Program-made: the position numbers and the translations under genes
Assembly: GCF_009914755.1 (NCBI RefSeq)
Contig: NC_060925.1
From: the human T2T-CHM13v2.0 reference genome, Homo sapiens
Strand: one strand, 5' to 3'
DNA: 64,000 bases
Notes under the pieces: model-generated
Database searches by the model: none
What the model was told of the DNA's origin: nothing
The model's input: only the letters and a program-made list of their open reading frames with translations
In this document: positions 13,800 to 26,228 of the stretch, piece after piece
Layout of the letters: each line of letters opens with the position of its first letter
Position numbering within the stretch: position 1 is the stretch's first letter

Positions 13800-15510
13800 G
13801 GCATCACACTACCTGACTTTAAAATATACTACAAAGCTATAGTAACTGAAACAGCATGGTACTGGCATAAAAACAGACACATAGACCAATGGAACAGAAT
13901 AGGGAACCCAGAAATTAATCCATATATTTGCTATCAACTGATCTTTGACAAAGGTGCCAAGAACACACAATAGGGAAAGGAAAGTCTCTTGAATATGTGG
14001 TACTGAAAAAACTGGGTATCCTCATGAAGAAGAATGAAATAAGATGCTTATCTCACACTGTATACAAACATCAACTGAAAAATGAATTCAAAATGTAAAT
14101 TTAAGATTCAAAACTATGAAACTACTAGGAAAAAAACAGGGGAAAAGCTCCATGACATTGGTCTGGGCAAGGATTTTTTGAATATGACCTCAAAAACATA
14201 GACAACAAAAGCAGAAACTGACAAATAAGATTAAATCAAGTTAAAATGCTTCTGTACAGAAAAGGAAATAAGCAACAGAGTAAAGAGACAACCTACAAAA
14301 TCAGAAAACATTTGCAAACTATACATCTGATAAGGAGTTAATATCCAAAATATATAAGGAACTCAAACAACCCAATAGAAAGAACACAAATATCCCAATT
14401 AAAAATGGGCAGAGAATCTGAATATACATTTCTCAAAAGAAGACGTACAAATGGCCAACATGTCTAGAAAAAAATGCTCAATATCACTAATCACCAGGGA
14501 AATGCAAATCAAAACCACAATGAAATAACACCTCACTCCTGTAATAATGGCTATTATCAAAAAACAAACAAATGAAAATAATGACAAAGATGTAGAGAAA
14601 AGGGAACTTATACACCATTGGCGAGAATGTAAGTTAGTGCAGCCATTATGAGAAACAGTATAGAGGTGTCTCAAGAAACTGCAAATGGAACTATCACATT
14701 ATCCAGCAATCTAACTACTAGGTATTTGTCCAAATGAAAGAAAATTAGTATATCAAAGGGATAACTGTATTCCCATGTTTATTGCAGTGCTATTTACAAT
14801 AAATAGCAAAGACACAGAATCAACCTAAGTGTCCATCAGTGAATAAATGAATAAAGAAAATGGAGTATGAACACAGAATGGAATACTATCCAGCCATAAA
14901 AAGGAATGAAATCCTGTCATTTCCAGCAACATGGATGGAACTGGAGGTCATTATGTTAAGTGAAATTAGGAAGATAAAAGATAACATGTTGCCAAGGATG
15001 TGGAGAAAATAAAATCTAACACACCATTGGTGGGAATGCAATTTAGTACAACCATGTGGAAAACAGTATGGAGGGTCTTCAAAAATTAAAAATAGAACTG
15101 GCATATAATCCATCAATCACACTAGTAGGTATATATCCAAAGATATTGAAGTCAGTAATATTGAAGAGATATCTGCATTCCCACATTTATTGCAGCACTA
15201 TTCACAATAGGCAATAAAAGGAATCAACCTAAGTGTAAATCAAAGGATAAATGGATGTTTAAAAATGCTATATATACACAAAGAATACTATTCAGTCACA
15301 AAAAGAAGGAAATCCTGTCATTTGTGAGAAGGTGAATGAACCGGGAAGATATTATGCTAAGCAAAATAAGCCAGGCATAGATAGACATACTGCATGATCT
15401 AATTTATATGTGGAATCTAGAAATGTTGATCTCATGGAAATAGAGAGCAGAGTGCTGGTTACGAGAGATTGGGGTGGCTGGTAGGTGGGGTTGGGGAGAT
15501 ATTTAAAGTA
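13800..15510 (+). mobile_element. L1MA-type 3' region containing two tandem, diverged copies of the ORF2 end (~14580-14968 and ~14980-15370)
   Basis: 'acagcatggtactggcataaaaacagacacatagaccaatggaacagaat'. The motifs 'gatgt(a/g)gagaaaa', 'aatcaacctaagtgt' and 'aaatcctgtcattt' each occur twice. Confidence 0.85.
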
Positions 15511-15789
15511 TTCAGGGGAAGACTTCGCAGGACCTGGCTTGACATGGGAGAGGGGCTGTGAATTAGTGGGTCTTTGCATCCTCTTTGTTTAGGAAATGTA
15601 GAAGCCTTAAAGCTTATGGGTCCTGGGAAATGTGGGGATCTATTATGTACAAATACAGTAGAACAATTTACCTGAGAGGCCGTAGGGGCCACGGTGGAGC
15701 CTGCACTGGTTTATCTAAGGAATTGACATTTGGACCAGTGCTAGGCTTAGGCTCAAGACAACTTTCTTCAGTGGGCGACCCAATATAGC

Positions 15790-16290
15790 TCAGTGGGGGT
15801 AGCATGGGCTCTGGAGCTGGATAGGCTTGGGTTGCAATGTCACTCCATTACCTACTGATGGGATGACCTTGGAAAAGTGGACCTCTGGGTCTCAGTTTTC
15901 TCTTGTGTAAAATTGGGGCTAATGAAGCCTGTCTCATAGAGTTATTTCAAAATCAAATGAAATAACACAGGCAAAGAGCCTAGGACAGTATCCACCACAT
16001 AGTAAGTGCTCAGTAGATAATATTCCCACCTCTCTTTCTACATCTTCTGCATTGTGGAAAAGAAAACAGGCAGGGATTCAAGGACAATGCCATGTTCAGA
16101 AATAAAAGGCAACATATTGTAGTAATAAAGATCATGATCTATGAAAGCAGACTCCTGCATCTGAGGCCTAGCTTCCTTACTTACCTGCTTTGTGATGAGG
16201 GTAACTCCCTTAAACTTTCAGGGCCTCAGTTGTGTCCATTTGTAAATGTACTGCCTCATGAATTGTTATATATAAAGTATTCAAATAAAC
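15790..16290. mobile_element. Two MIR elements
   Basis: 'ctctgggtctcagttttctcttgtgtaaaattgggg' and 'gggcctcagttgtgtccatttgtaaatg'. Confidence 0.65.
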
Positions 16291-16671
16291 TTTAGATTCT
16301 ATTATTATTGTTGTTGTTGTTATCACACAGTGCTCATCTGGCTGGAATTTTCCCTGCTCAGCGTTCTTTGGAATTGAAGCCTGGTAGTGAGGTCCTGAAA
16401 GGTAAGAATGGGGGAGCCTAAGGGGCATGAGAAGGCTGAGGGGAGGCAGTCTAGACTCCAGCCTGGGGCCTAGGATCATTAAGCACCCACCCAGTTTCCA
16501 AATGAACCTAGAATAACCTGATGTTCCATGAAACAAACCATTTTTTGGAGGTCTTGTGTCATATTGGGCCAGAGACCACTGGGCCAAACTGTGCTCAGCA
16601 ACCTAGACCAGCAGAAGTTACCTTGGAAGCCCACAGAACACTCATTTAGGCTGAGTGAAGTGAGGTGAATC

Positions 16672-16810
16672 TATAGTTAAATTCTCAATTTTTCATACAC
16701 TGTGCCAAAAGCTACACTTAGCTTTAGATTAGATTCTCAATTTTAGTTTGATTCTCTGAGCTACACTTAGCTTTTGGCACAGTGTATGAAAAATTGAGAA
16801 TCTAACTATA
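16672..16810. repeat. Inverted repeat: 43-bp arms (16672-16714 / 16768-16810), 1 mismatch, 53-bp spacer
   Basis: Left arm tatagttaAattctcaatttttcatacactgtgccaaaagcta; reverse complement of right arm tatagttaGattctcaatttttcatacactgtgccaaaagcta. Confidence 0.97.
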
Positions 16811-17103
16811 ACTTGGATAAGTCCTGAAGACTCAAGTGACCTGGAAACAGCTTCATTAGAGACAGATCACATAGGCATCACTCATAACTTATAGGAAAAG
16901 GAGACTGACTTGTTTCCTGAGGAAGGGAACAGGAATCATTTATCTAGTGTTTGGGAAAACCCAATGTCAAGCACAGACATGCCCTGCCTCTGACTGAGGA
17001 GCCAGGCATACTGGGGAGGAATCTTGCCAATGCAACACCATCCCTTCTCCTTGTGATCTCTGGTGCTTCATTTAGATGCCATTAAATTGCCTCATTGCTG
17101 CCC

Positions 17104-17110
17104 TATAAAA
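17104..17110 (+). promoter_or_regulatory. KPLCE: TATA box of KPLCE
   Basis: Canonical cTATAAAAgg 74 nt upstream of a strong donor site. Confidence 0.85.
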
Positions 17111-17134
17111 GGTCTCCCCACCTGCTAGTTTTTC

Positions 17135-17177
17135 AGATCACTGACTTCTTCCAGTCTTGCTCCTATCAGCAAAGAGG
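17135..17177 (+). other. KPLCE: Putative non-coding exon 1 of KPLCE (start approximate); intron 17178-18042
   Basis: Donor AGG|GTAAGT at 17178, branch-point-like CTAAT at 18021-18025, and acceptor 'ctttcttttcag|' ending 18042, 21 nt before the ATG. Confidence 0.8.
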
Positions 17178-18027
17178 GTAAGTCTCTATACGGGATAAGG
17201 ACATGGTGAGAAACAGAGCTTTGGGGAAGCTGGGGTGGGATGAGAGCTGTGGGATGAAGGGTGAGCGAGGACTAGATGCTTAGGAAATCTGCTGAAGGAG
17301 GCTGAAAGCAATGCTGGTGGGAAACTTGGAGCCTGGGGCATGAGAGGAGAGGGAGGGGGACACGATGAGCTGGCATTCCTGTTTAAGAAGGGACTTTAGA
17401 GAACTGGCTCCCCATCCCCTTATCTGAATGCAATTGTGCAGTCCTCTCTTGGGTCTATGTGCTAATGAGGCCAACTGATTAGTCCAGCTGGTTCAAGGAG
17501 CACCTGGTAGAAACCTGCTCAAATTTAGCCTTGTTCTTTGCTCAGTACCGGGCACAGCTTGAGGCTCATGTTGGCTCAGGGTCCATGGACATAAATTTGT
17601 CTTTGCTGGGTATTCCTTGTCTGGGCAGAAGGAAGAAGGGAAGTCACCCTGGAGAGAACTGGTGGCAGGGGTCAATCATCTGGGAGCAGCAATTTCCAAA
17701 GGGTAATTCACAATGCAGACACTGAAGAAAGAGGAGAGGAGGCTTGGAGAGTTGGGTAGAAACACAGGCAGCACCATTTCAAGCCTCCATTTCCCAATAT
17801 AGAGACTGAGGCCCAGAGGTAAGCGATGACTTGTACCAAGCCACATAGCCAGGTACAGGCACAGAAGCTGAGCTGAGAGTCCCTGGCTCTGAATCCACCT
17901 CCTGCCAAGTATACAGCCTCTGGATGTCTGCAACCTTCTCAAGAAAGCCTTGCTTGCAAATCACTGTATTCAAAGGGGATGTTGAAGGTTTCCCCTAGAA
18001 ACCTTCCTGGTTTTACAGTTCTAATGA

Positions 18028-18816
<789 letters not shown>

Positions 18817-18995
18817 ACATACGACAGCTCAACTCCAGAATGCACTGCCCCGCTACCCCTTCTGGAACATGCACCAGCTTCTGGCCCCCTCTCTGTTAGT
18901 GCCAGTGATGTAGAACCTCATCACTTTGCCTCTGTGCTTTGCTTCTCTACCAAGGCAGCCTGCCAGAGTTAGTACAGTCCCCAAACTTTGGCATG

Positions 18996-19001
18996 AATAA
19001 A
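18996..19001 (+). terminator. KPLCE: Polyadenylation signal AATAAA of KPLCE
   Basis: AATAAA 180 nt after the stop, followed by GT-rich 'tctgtctgtttgtttggt'. Confidence 0.85.
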
Positions 19002-20619
19002 GCTCTGAATGCATTTCGTGGTAATTTCTGTCTGTTTGTTTGGTCCATATTTATGCTTTTCTATCAGGCACTCTTCTGCATCCCTCTCTTCTTACTCTTG
19101 TTTCTCAGCTAGAGGAAAGATCTGCACGAACATGAACAAGCAGACTGAGCTGGTGAAATCCCAGCCTGGGAGCCCCATGCCTTCTAGAATGCTGTGAATA
19201 AACTTTCCCACGCAAGTTAGAAGCATCTGAAAATGGAGATTTGAGGGTTGGGGCTGTTTCTGTGCTGCCCTTTGATGAGCCTCAGAGCAGGGTTGACCAT
19301 GATGAGACCCTCATCTTCCTGGGTGTTGGAGAGATTGTGAAATTGTATCTGCTCATGGACCAGTATCACTGGTCATGGTCAGTATCACTGGACCATGTCT
19401 CCACCACTGTGCAGAGGGCTTGAACCCATGCAGGACTTTATGAATTACATTTTCTCATCTGACAGGCTTGCCCTGTTGAAACTATAGGTTGAAGGCCTGA
19501 GGGAAAAGGCTAGGAGCCCCCTGAAGTGGGTAGGTATTCACCAGGTCAGTCCTGGTAGTAAGTGAGCCATCTCCAAAGGAAGGTGAATCTTGTGCGAGGG
19601 GCTTCTGGGCCCCCTTCTGGGCCCCTCACCCTAGTTAGCTTTTTCTTCTCCATTGCTTAGCTAGCTCTAGAGAATTTGGGGTGGACTTTTGTAACTAAAG
19701 ATTCCAAATACACACATTAAAAAAATAGAGGAGTAACAAGTGTTCAAAACAATCCCACAAGGTCTGGTGCATAGGAGACAATGTTTGGTGATGTATAAAT
19801 GAACGCATAAAGGAATGAATGAAAAAGGGAATCATGTGTTTGTTTCTAACCCTGGACACTAGCAGAAGATCATCTTGACTACTCTGCTGCCTTTGAATGT
19901 CTAAACACCTGTATCTCCACAAACAGCACAATATCCCTTCATCCAAACTCCCTAAACTTACAGCCCAGTCACTGGAAACCCACTCAGGGAAGGAACTGCC
20001 TTGGCCAGGGCCACACTTTCCTCTTGTACCACCAACTGGGTCCTGCAATGTTGGAGGATGGGGTGCTAAAGTTCCCTGTGGTCTAGTCTCTTTAGAGAAT
20101 GGTATCTGCAAAGCCCAACTCAGCACTGAAAATATTGTAGGGAATCCTCTTTAAAACCCAATGCAAACTTCTAAAAATCCTATTTCTATCCTTTTCAATT
20201 CCTTCATATTCCATAGCTGTTCATCAGTCTCTCACTAAACTACCCCAAATGCTCCTAATATCCAGACATTGTGGCTTCTTTCATCTCTTTCTCTCCTTGC
20301 TCACTCTCCTTTCCTCCTCAATCCCACCTGGTTCTGGTCCTGGTTATGTAGATGGTTTGAGTTTTTCTGTCTCCCTTGTTAATTTTCTCTATACTTACCC
20401 AATCTTAGTATTCTCTGCTCCATAGGAATTAACCTAGGAATAAAACCTCTCCTCTTTTCTCCAGCTGTTCTAATGCTTTCTCTAACCCACTCTATTGGTT
20501 TTGTACAAGAGAGAGGAAAGTAGTTGAAACCAAGAGCTAACCTGACGAAGCTCACCAAACTCAACCTGCCTTGCTTGCTTTTAGTCACTTACTTCTAGTT
20601 AATCTTAAAACCCATGTAG

Positions 20620-21060
20620 CTAAAAGTCACACAGCTAAGCAATCTGCTAGCTTCCTTTTAGAGAACATCCCTGACATATAAGTTACCATGCTGATGGTTC
20701 CTTGTTGTTTTTTTAAGAACTTGGTGTTGGCTGTTTTCTAGTTCAAGCTGAAACCACCGACCCTTCAACTGGGCCTGCAAGAATACCTGAGAGGTGACCT
20801 TTTGATGTCAGAGGGTCAAAAGCTCCTCCCTCAGAGCATGCTAATACCACCATTTTCTGAACATGCTTCTTATGAAGAGCAATGAAGCTTGACTATGCAA
20901 GTGCAAATAGCCACTTGCCTCACTGTTCCTTGCCTCCAACTGCCTTTCCCCAGGCCCTGAACTACCTTGCTCTTCTATCCCATAAATGTCTCTGAAACCA
21001 TATCTTGGAAAGGTGGATTTGAGATCCGTTGGCTGCCGTGGCTTACAGTGCACAGGCAGC
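20620..21060 (+). mobile_element. Probable ERVL-class LTR remnant (LTR40-like)
   Basis: 'catgctaataccaccattttctgaacatgc...atgaagagcaatgaagcttgact' and 'ggtggatttgaga' resemble LTR40-family sequence as recalled. Confidence 0.4.
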
Positions 21061-22828
21061 ACACATCTAGTTCAGTATCAGAATTATAAAGCTCAAAGGG
21101 CAAAAATATAATTTTCTTTAATAGAGCATATGAGTGGAAGAAAAAGTCAAGGAGCAAAAACCTACACATTAATATATCTCAATTGATTGCATATCTTAGA
21201 CTTTTCTGTTTTATTATATAGGATCATAATACATGTTGCCCTATGACTAGCTGTTTTCATTTAATACGTCAATGTTGAACATAAATTTTGGTTAGTGCAT
21301 ATAGTCATATCTTCTTTCCTTTTGTTGTTTGGTTTTTAATATTTCCTTAGTGTGGCTGCTCAACGATTTATCTAACCACCCCCTTAGACTGCCCTTTTTG
21401 ATTTCTCTTTTTCTCTTCTCTTTTTCTCCCTGTCTCTGTTTGCCTCTTATTATTACCATACAAGTTGCTGTTAAGGCCTTTTTCAAATGTTTTCAAATTT
21501 TCTATTTAGATGAAACACACTTCTAGAAAAGTATACAAATTAGAAGTGTATTACTCACTAAACACACGTGTATAACCACCATCTGGACCCCAGAAAGCTA
21601 ATGTCATATTGAAAACTAATAAAGTCCCTGATTACCATGAACTAGGAGACTGAATTTGGAGATATGAAATGGATTAGAGCAGAAGTAGCTTTATATAATC
21701 CCAAACCTTCTCAGGAGCCCTGATTGTGTGTTAGGTAGATATGTACAAAAGACAATGTAAAGAGAAGCATCCGCCCTGGGGTCTAGGTCCTTCAGACATC
21801 CAGGTGAGTTCTGAGAGCATCTACCAGTGACCCCACCACACAGCAGTGTGACCTTGCTCTTACACAGAGCAGAGGACACTGAGCAGCCTGATACCAGTGC
21901 TTGAGAAACCCTCAGTAACCTGGCCAGTGTGAAGGTTCTATAACAACTTTCTTGTCAGATTATAATTCATTTATCTAATATATAGTTATTGAACTTCTAT
22001 GTCATTCCGGGCACCATCTCTATTGTTTTGGAGTTTATAGCAGAGAGGGAGAATTTTAAAAAAGCAAGTAATTCAATAAACAAATGTAAGCTGCATCTAG
22101 GACTAGAGTTATAAAGAAAGTGTTTCAAATATCTGTAATATGCACATTTTACATGGTCAGGAAGATCAGAAAAGACTTCCCTGAGAAAGTGTAGCTTGAC
22201 CCCAAGGTTGAGTAGGAGTTAATAACAGAACAGTGACGGAAGACTTTTCCATGCAGAAGCAAGAGCACAGGCAGGGCTCTGTTGGGGGGAGGGGGAGGGG
22301 CGGAGAACAAAAAGTGTAAGGGGCTGGTGGTGAGACAGTGAGAATTAAAGCAGAAAGGGGCAGAAGGGCCTGGGGGCTAAGGGCAACCTCGGTGTGGGGC
22401 ATCCCAGCAGTCATTGACAGGTTGCAAGCAGGCCATGTGACTTGTGCCTTTTAAAGTTTAATTTTCTCTGCAGAAAAAAAATAGATATACTTGTAGAGCA
22501 TATAAAGGAGAATCTAAAACAATTGCCCAATAGCATTAGTGTACCTGGTTCTCTCCTAGCCCTGCCATGCATAACTCCCCTCTTTGGGTCTGGTTTTCAT
22601 GTCTGTAAGATGGCAGCTTGGGCCATAAGACGAGTAGGGTGCATTTCAGCACCAGCATCAGGTGATCTTTGCCTCCTGGTACAGGGACTTCAGGGTCTCA
22701 TTTTAAAACTGGTGAGTTACAAATGTGGCCTTCAGAATATTCAGTTTCAAGACATTTTTTGTTTAACCAAAAGTTCTACTATATTCTGTTTTTTTATAAC
22801 TTAAAAAATTTTGGTCCACTGTTTCTAA

Positions 22829-23150
<322 letters not shown>

Positions 23151-23539
23151 AATTTCCTGGCTCTTAATACCTTTACAATATTTATTGGAGATTTGACTAT
23201 AAATGATTTAGAGAGAATGGCAAGTCCAAAACATGGAATGAAACCCCGGGGAAACTGGACAGAGATTCCTTGAACAGGCCGAGATGCTGCTATCCTGGGA
23301 TCTCTTATGAATCTGCTTTCCCATAATTTTTCTGGAGTAGAAAAGTCTACTGAGTAGAATCCCAACCCCACTTGCCTGGGTAAGATAGTTTTTATGATGA
23401 TTTCTCTTGCAGGAAAATACTTCTGCCAAATTTCCCGACAAGTAAGGCTAATACCTGCAGAGAGACTTTGTAATATTTCTCAAAATTAAGAAATAAAATA
23501 TAGTCATGTACATCTAAATTTTATATCTTACACGTATTT

Positions 23540-23771
23540 ATTATTTTTATTATTATATATTTTTAAGATTTAGTTTTTTTATTATACTTTAAGTTCTAGG
23601 GTACATGTGCACAACGTGCAGGTTTGTTACACATGTATGCATGTGCCATGTTAGTGTGCTGCATCCATTAACTCGTCATTTACATTAGGTATATCTCCTA
23701 ATGCTATCCCACCACCCTCCCCCAACCCCACGACAGGCCCCGGTGTGTGATGTTCCCTACCCTGTGTCCAA
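23540..23771 (-). mobile_element. 5'-truncated primate L1PA 3' end
   Basis: 'ttattatactttaagttctagggtacatgtgcacaacgtgcaggtttgttac'. Flanked by direct repeat TTACACGT. Confidence 0.92.
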
Positions 23772-25917
23772 TTACACGTGTATTATACATATACTGTGAA
23801 AGTACAGCCAATATTAGTAAAGACCCATAAGAAAAATGACTCAAATCTATTTATTCTTGACACCTAAAGGAAAAGACAGAGAATTGCCCTTTATTTATTG
23901 AGGGCCTACTATGTGTGCCAGGCACTGTGTTAGTCACTCTGCATGCAATGTTCTCCTTATCTGAGTAATGGGAACACTGATCTGAATTAGCTGGCAGGTT
24001 TTGGGAGAAGGCCAGTGTTGTGGTAAGATCTGGATTTTTGAGTCAGACACATGTATTTACTGACCCTATAACTCCAGACAAGTTAGTAGTCTCTCTGCTC
24101 AGAGAGATTGTGTCTGCTAAAACTGCCTAAGATAATGCCTTCCACATAGTAGGTGCACAATGTGTTAAGCCATTTTCCTATTCCTGGTTGGAGGGGCTCT
24201 GACAGTAAATATGAAAGGCATCTTAGAGGCTAAGAGGGTGACAGTCATATTATATGAAAAGTATTAAAGGGGTTTTTATGGTTTGGGATTTTTAGTTCTA
24301 TAGTAAAATGTAATGAGAGAAGGTTTTCATTACAGACAAAGTTATGAAAATGTGTAACCTGATGTCACAAGTGACTGTTGTCTCCCAGCTTCTCCTACCT
24401 CCGTTCTTATCCCAATTCTGCCACAAATTTCTTTGTAACATTAAATAAGCCACTTCACCTATTTGGGCCTCAGTTTCCTCCTCTGTAAAATGGGGAAGTT
24501 GGGTGCAACCATCACTAAGAACCTTTTCTACCTCTAATACTCTGTAGCTCCCATTCTTTGAATCTTCCTCAAAGTTCAGAGAGAGTATCTCCCTAAGATA
24601 CTAGAAATGGGGCAGTGGTCTTAGAGATTACCACTTGCACCCCATAATGGAGCATAAGAAGTGGGGCACGCAGATAATAGCTGCTGGATTGGAGCCAGAG
24701 CTTGAGAAAAAAAGGAAAATCTCTACCAGGTCCTCAGACAGAAGTTGGCTGGAGAAAATGTCATGATCAGATATGTTTCTTTGTCATCTGTGTAAGGATC
24801 TCCACCCAGCTGATGGCAGTTTACGGCCTGATTTAGCATGTCTGCTGTGAGAAACAAATGGGTGTTGGGGTGGGCTGGGCCACGGGAGAAGAAGAGGAGG
24901 CAGGGTAGTATGTGTGGCACCAAAGGGCTGAGAAAGGCGGGCAGTGAGTAATATTCTCAGAGATCCTCATGGCCAGCGCTCCCGCTCAGCTTACATGGAC
25001 GTTCTGCTGGGAGACCTGTTTGTCTTAACCTACTAGACTGGGCACCCTGCCTCGTTTGCTTTGATGTCCCCAGAGCCAAGCACAGGATGGCACTCAATAT
25101 ATTCCTGTCAAATAAAGGAATAAATTTTCCCCGTGTGTGTGTTTATCCTATGGAGATTTCCTGTATTGTGTAAATCCAGTCTAATTACTCAGGGAGCATC
25201 AAAAAGGACTCATGAGCTTGGCTTCTGTGGATTTCTCAGCCTGGAAAATGTCAACTAAATACTATCTACTGTTCTTTGAGCCTGTCACAGTGCCAAGTCC
25301 TCTGACCACCCTGTCTCAGAGAGTACATGGTTCAATTCCTCACCCTACCCTGTTTTATTTTTCTTCCTAGACTGTTTTACTGCCTGATACTACATTATAT
25401 ATTCATTTGTTTATAGTTTTTCCTTTCCTGTTAGGATGGAAGCAACTTGAAGTCAAGGGTCCTGTGTATCTTATTTACTGTTTGTGTCCTCATGCCAAGA
25501 GCAATGTCTGGCATTAATATAACATCTAACATAAAATAGTTAATGCATATTTATTGGAGAGTGATTAATTCTCATTCATAATCCAAGAAGTAAATATAAG
25601 CTTTATCTCATTTTATAGCTAAGGATAGCCTCCTAGGGTTAACTAACTTGCCTAAAATCGCACTAATTGTTGCTCAGATTTTAACCCAATCTTACTTCAG
25701 AGCCTTAGTTCTCAAACAGTGTGTGTTTTTTCCCTCTACTTTAGAACGTAAATTCCACATAGGGAAGGTTTCTGTGCCTTCATGACATTTGAGAATCTGC
25801 TTCCTATCAAAGGAACAAAGTCTTTTATCTTCAACCTCTCTTCATTTTGTGCATCCTTTTTTTTTCCAGGTCTCCTTTTAAATACTACTAGTAATGATAA
25901 CTAAAAACTACAGGGTA

Positions 25918-26228
25918 GGCCAGGTGAGGTGGCTCACGCCTGTAATCCCAGCACTTTTGGAGGCTGAGGCGGGCGGATCCCCTGAGGTCAGGAGTTCAAG
26001 ACCAGCCTGGCCAACACGGTGAAAATCCATCTCTACTAAAAATGAAAAATTAGCCAGGTGTGGTGTTGGGCACCTGTAGTCTCAGCTACTAGGAAGGCTG
26101 AGGCAGGAGAATTGCTTGAACCCAGGAGGCAGAAGTTGCACTGAGCCGAGATCACACCACTGCCCTCCAGCCTAAGCGACAGAGCGAGACTTCGTCTCAA
26201 ACAAACAAACACAAAACAAACAAAAAAA
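25918..26228 (+). mobile_element. AluS-like element
   Basis: 'ggccaggtgaggtggctcacgcctgtaatcccagcac...' with an (AAAC)n tail and a degenerate TSD aaaaact(a/g)ca(g/a)ggta. Confidence 0.93.
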
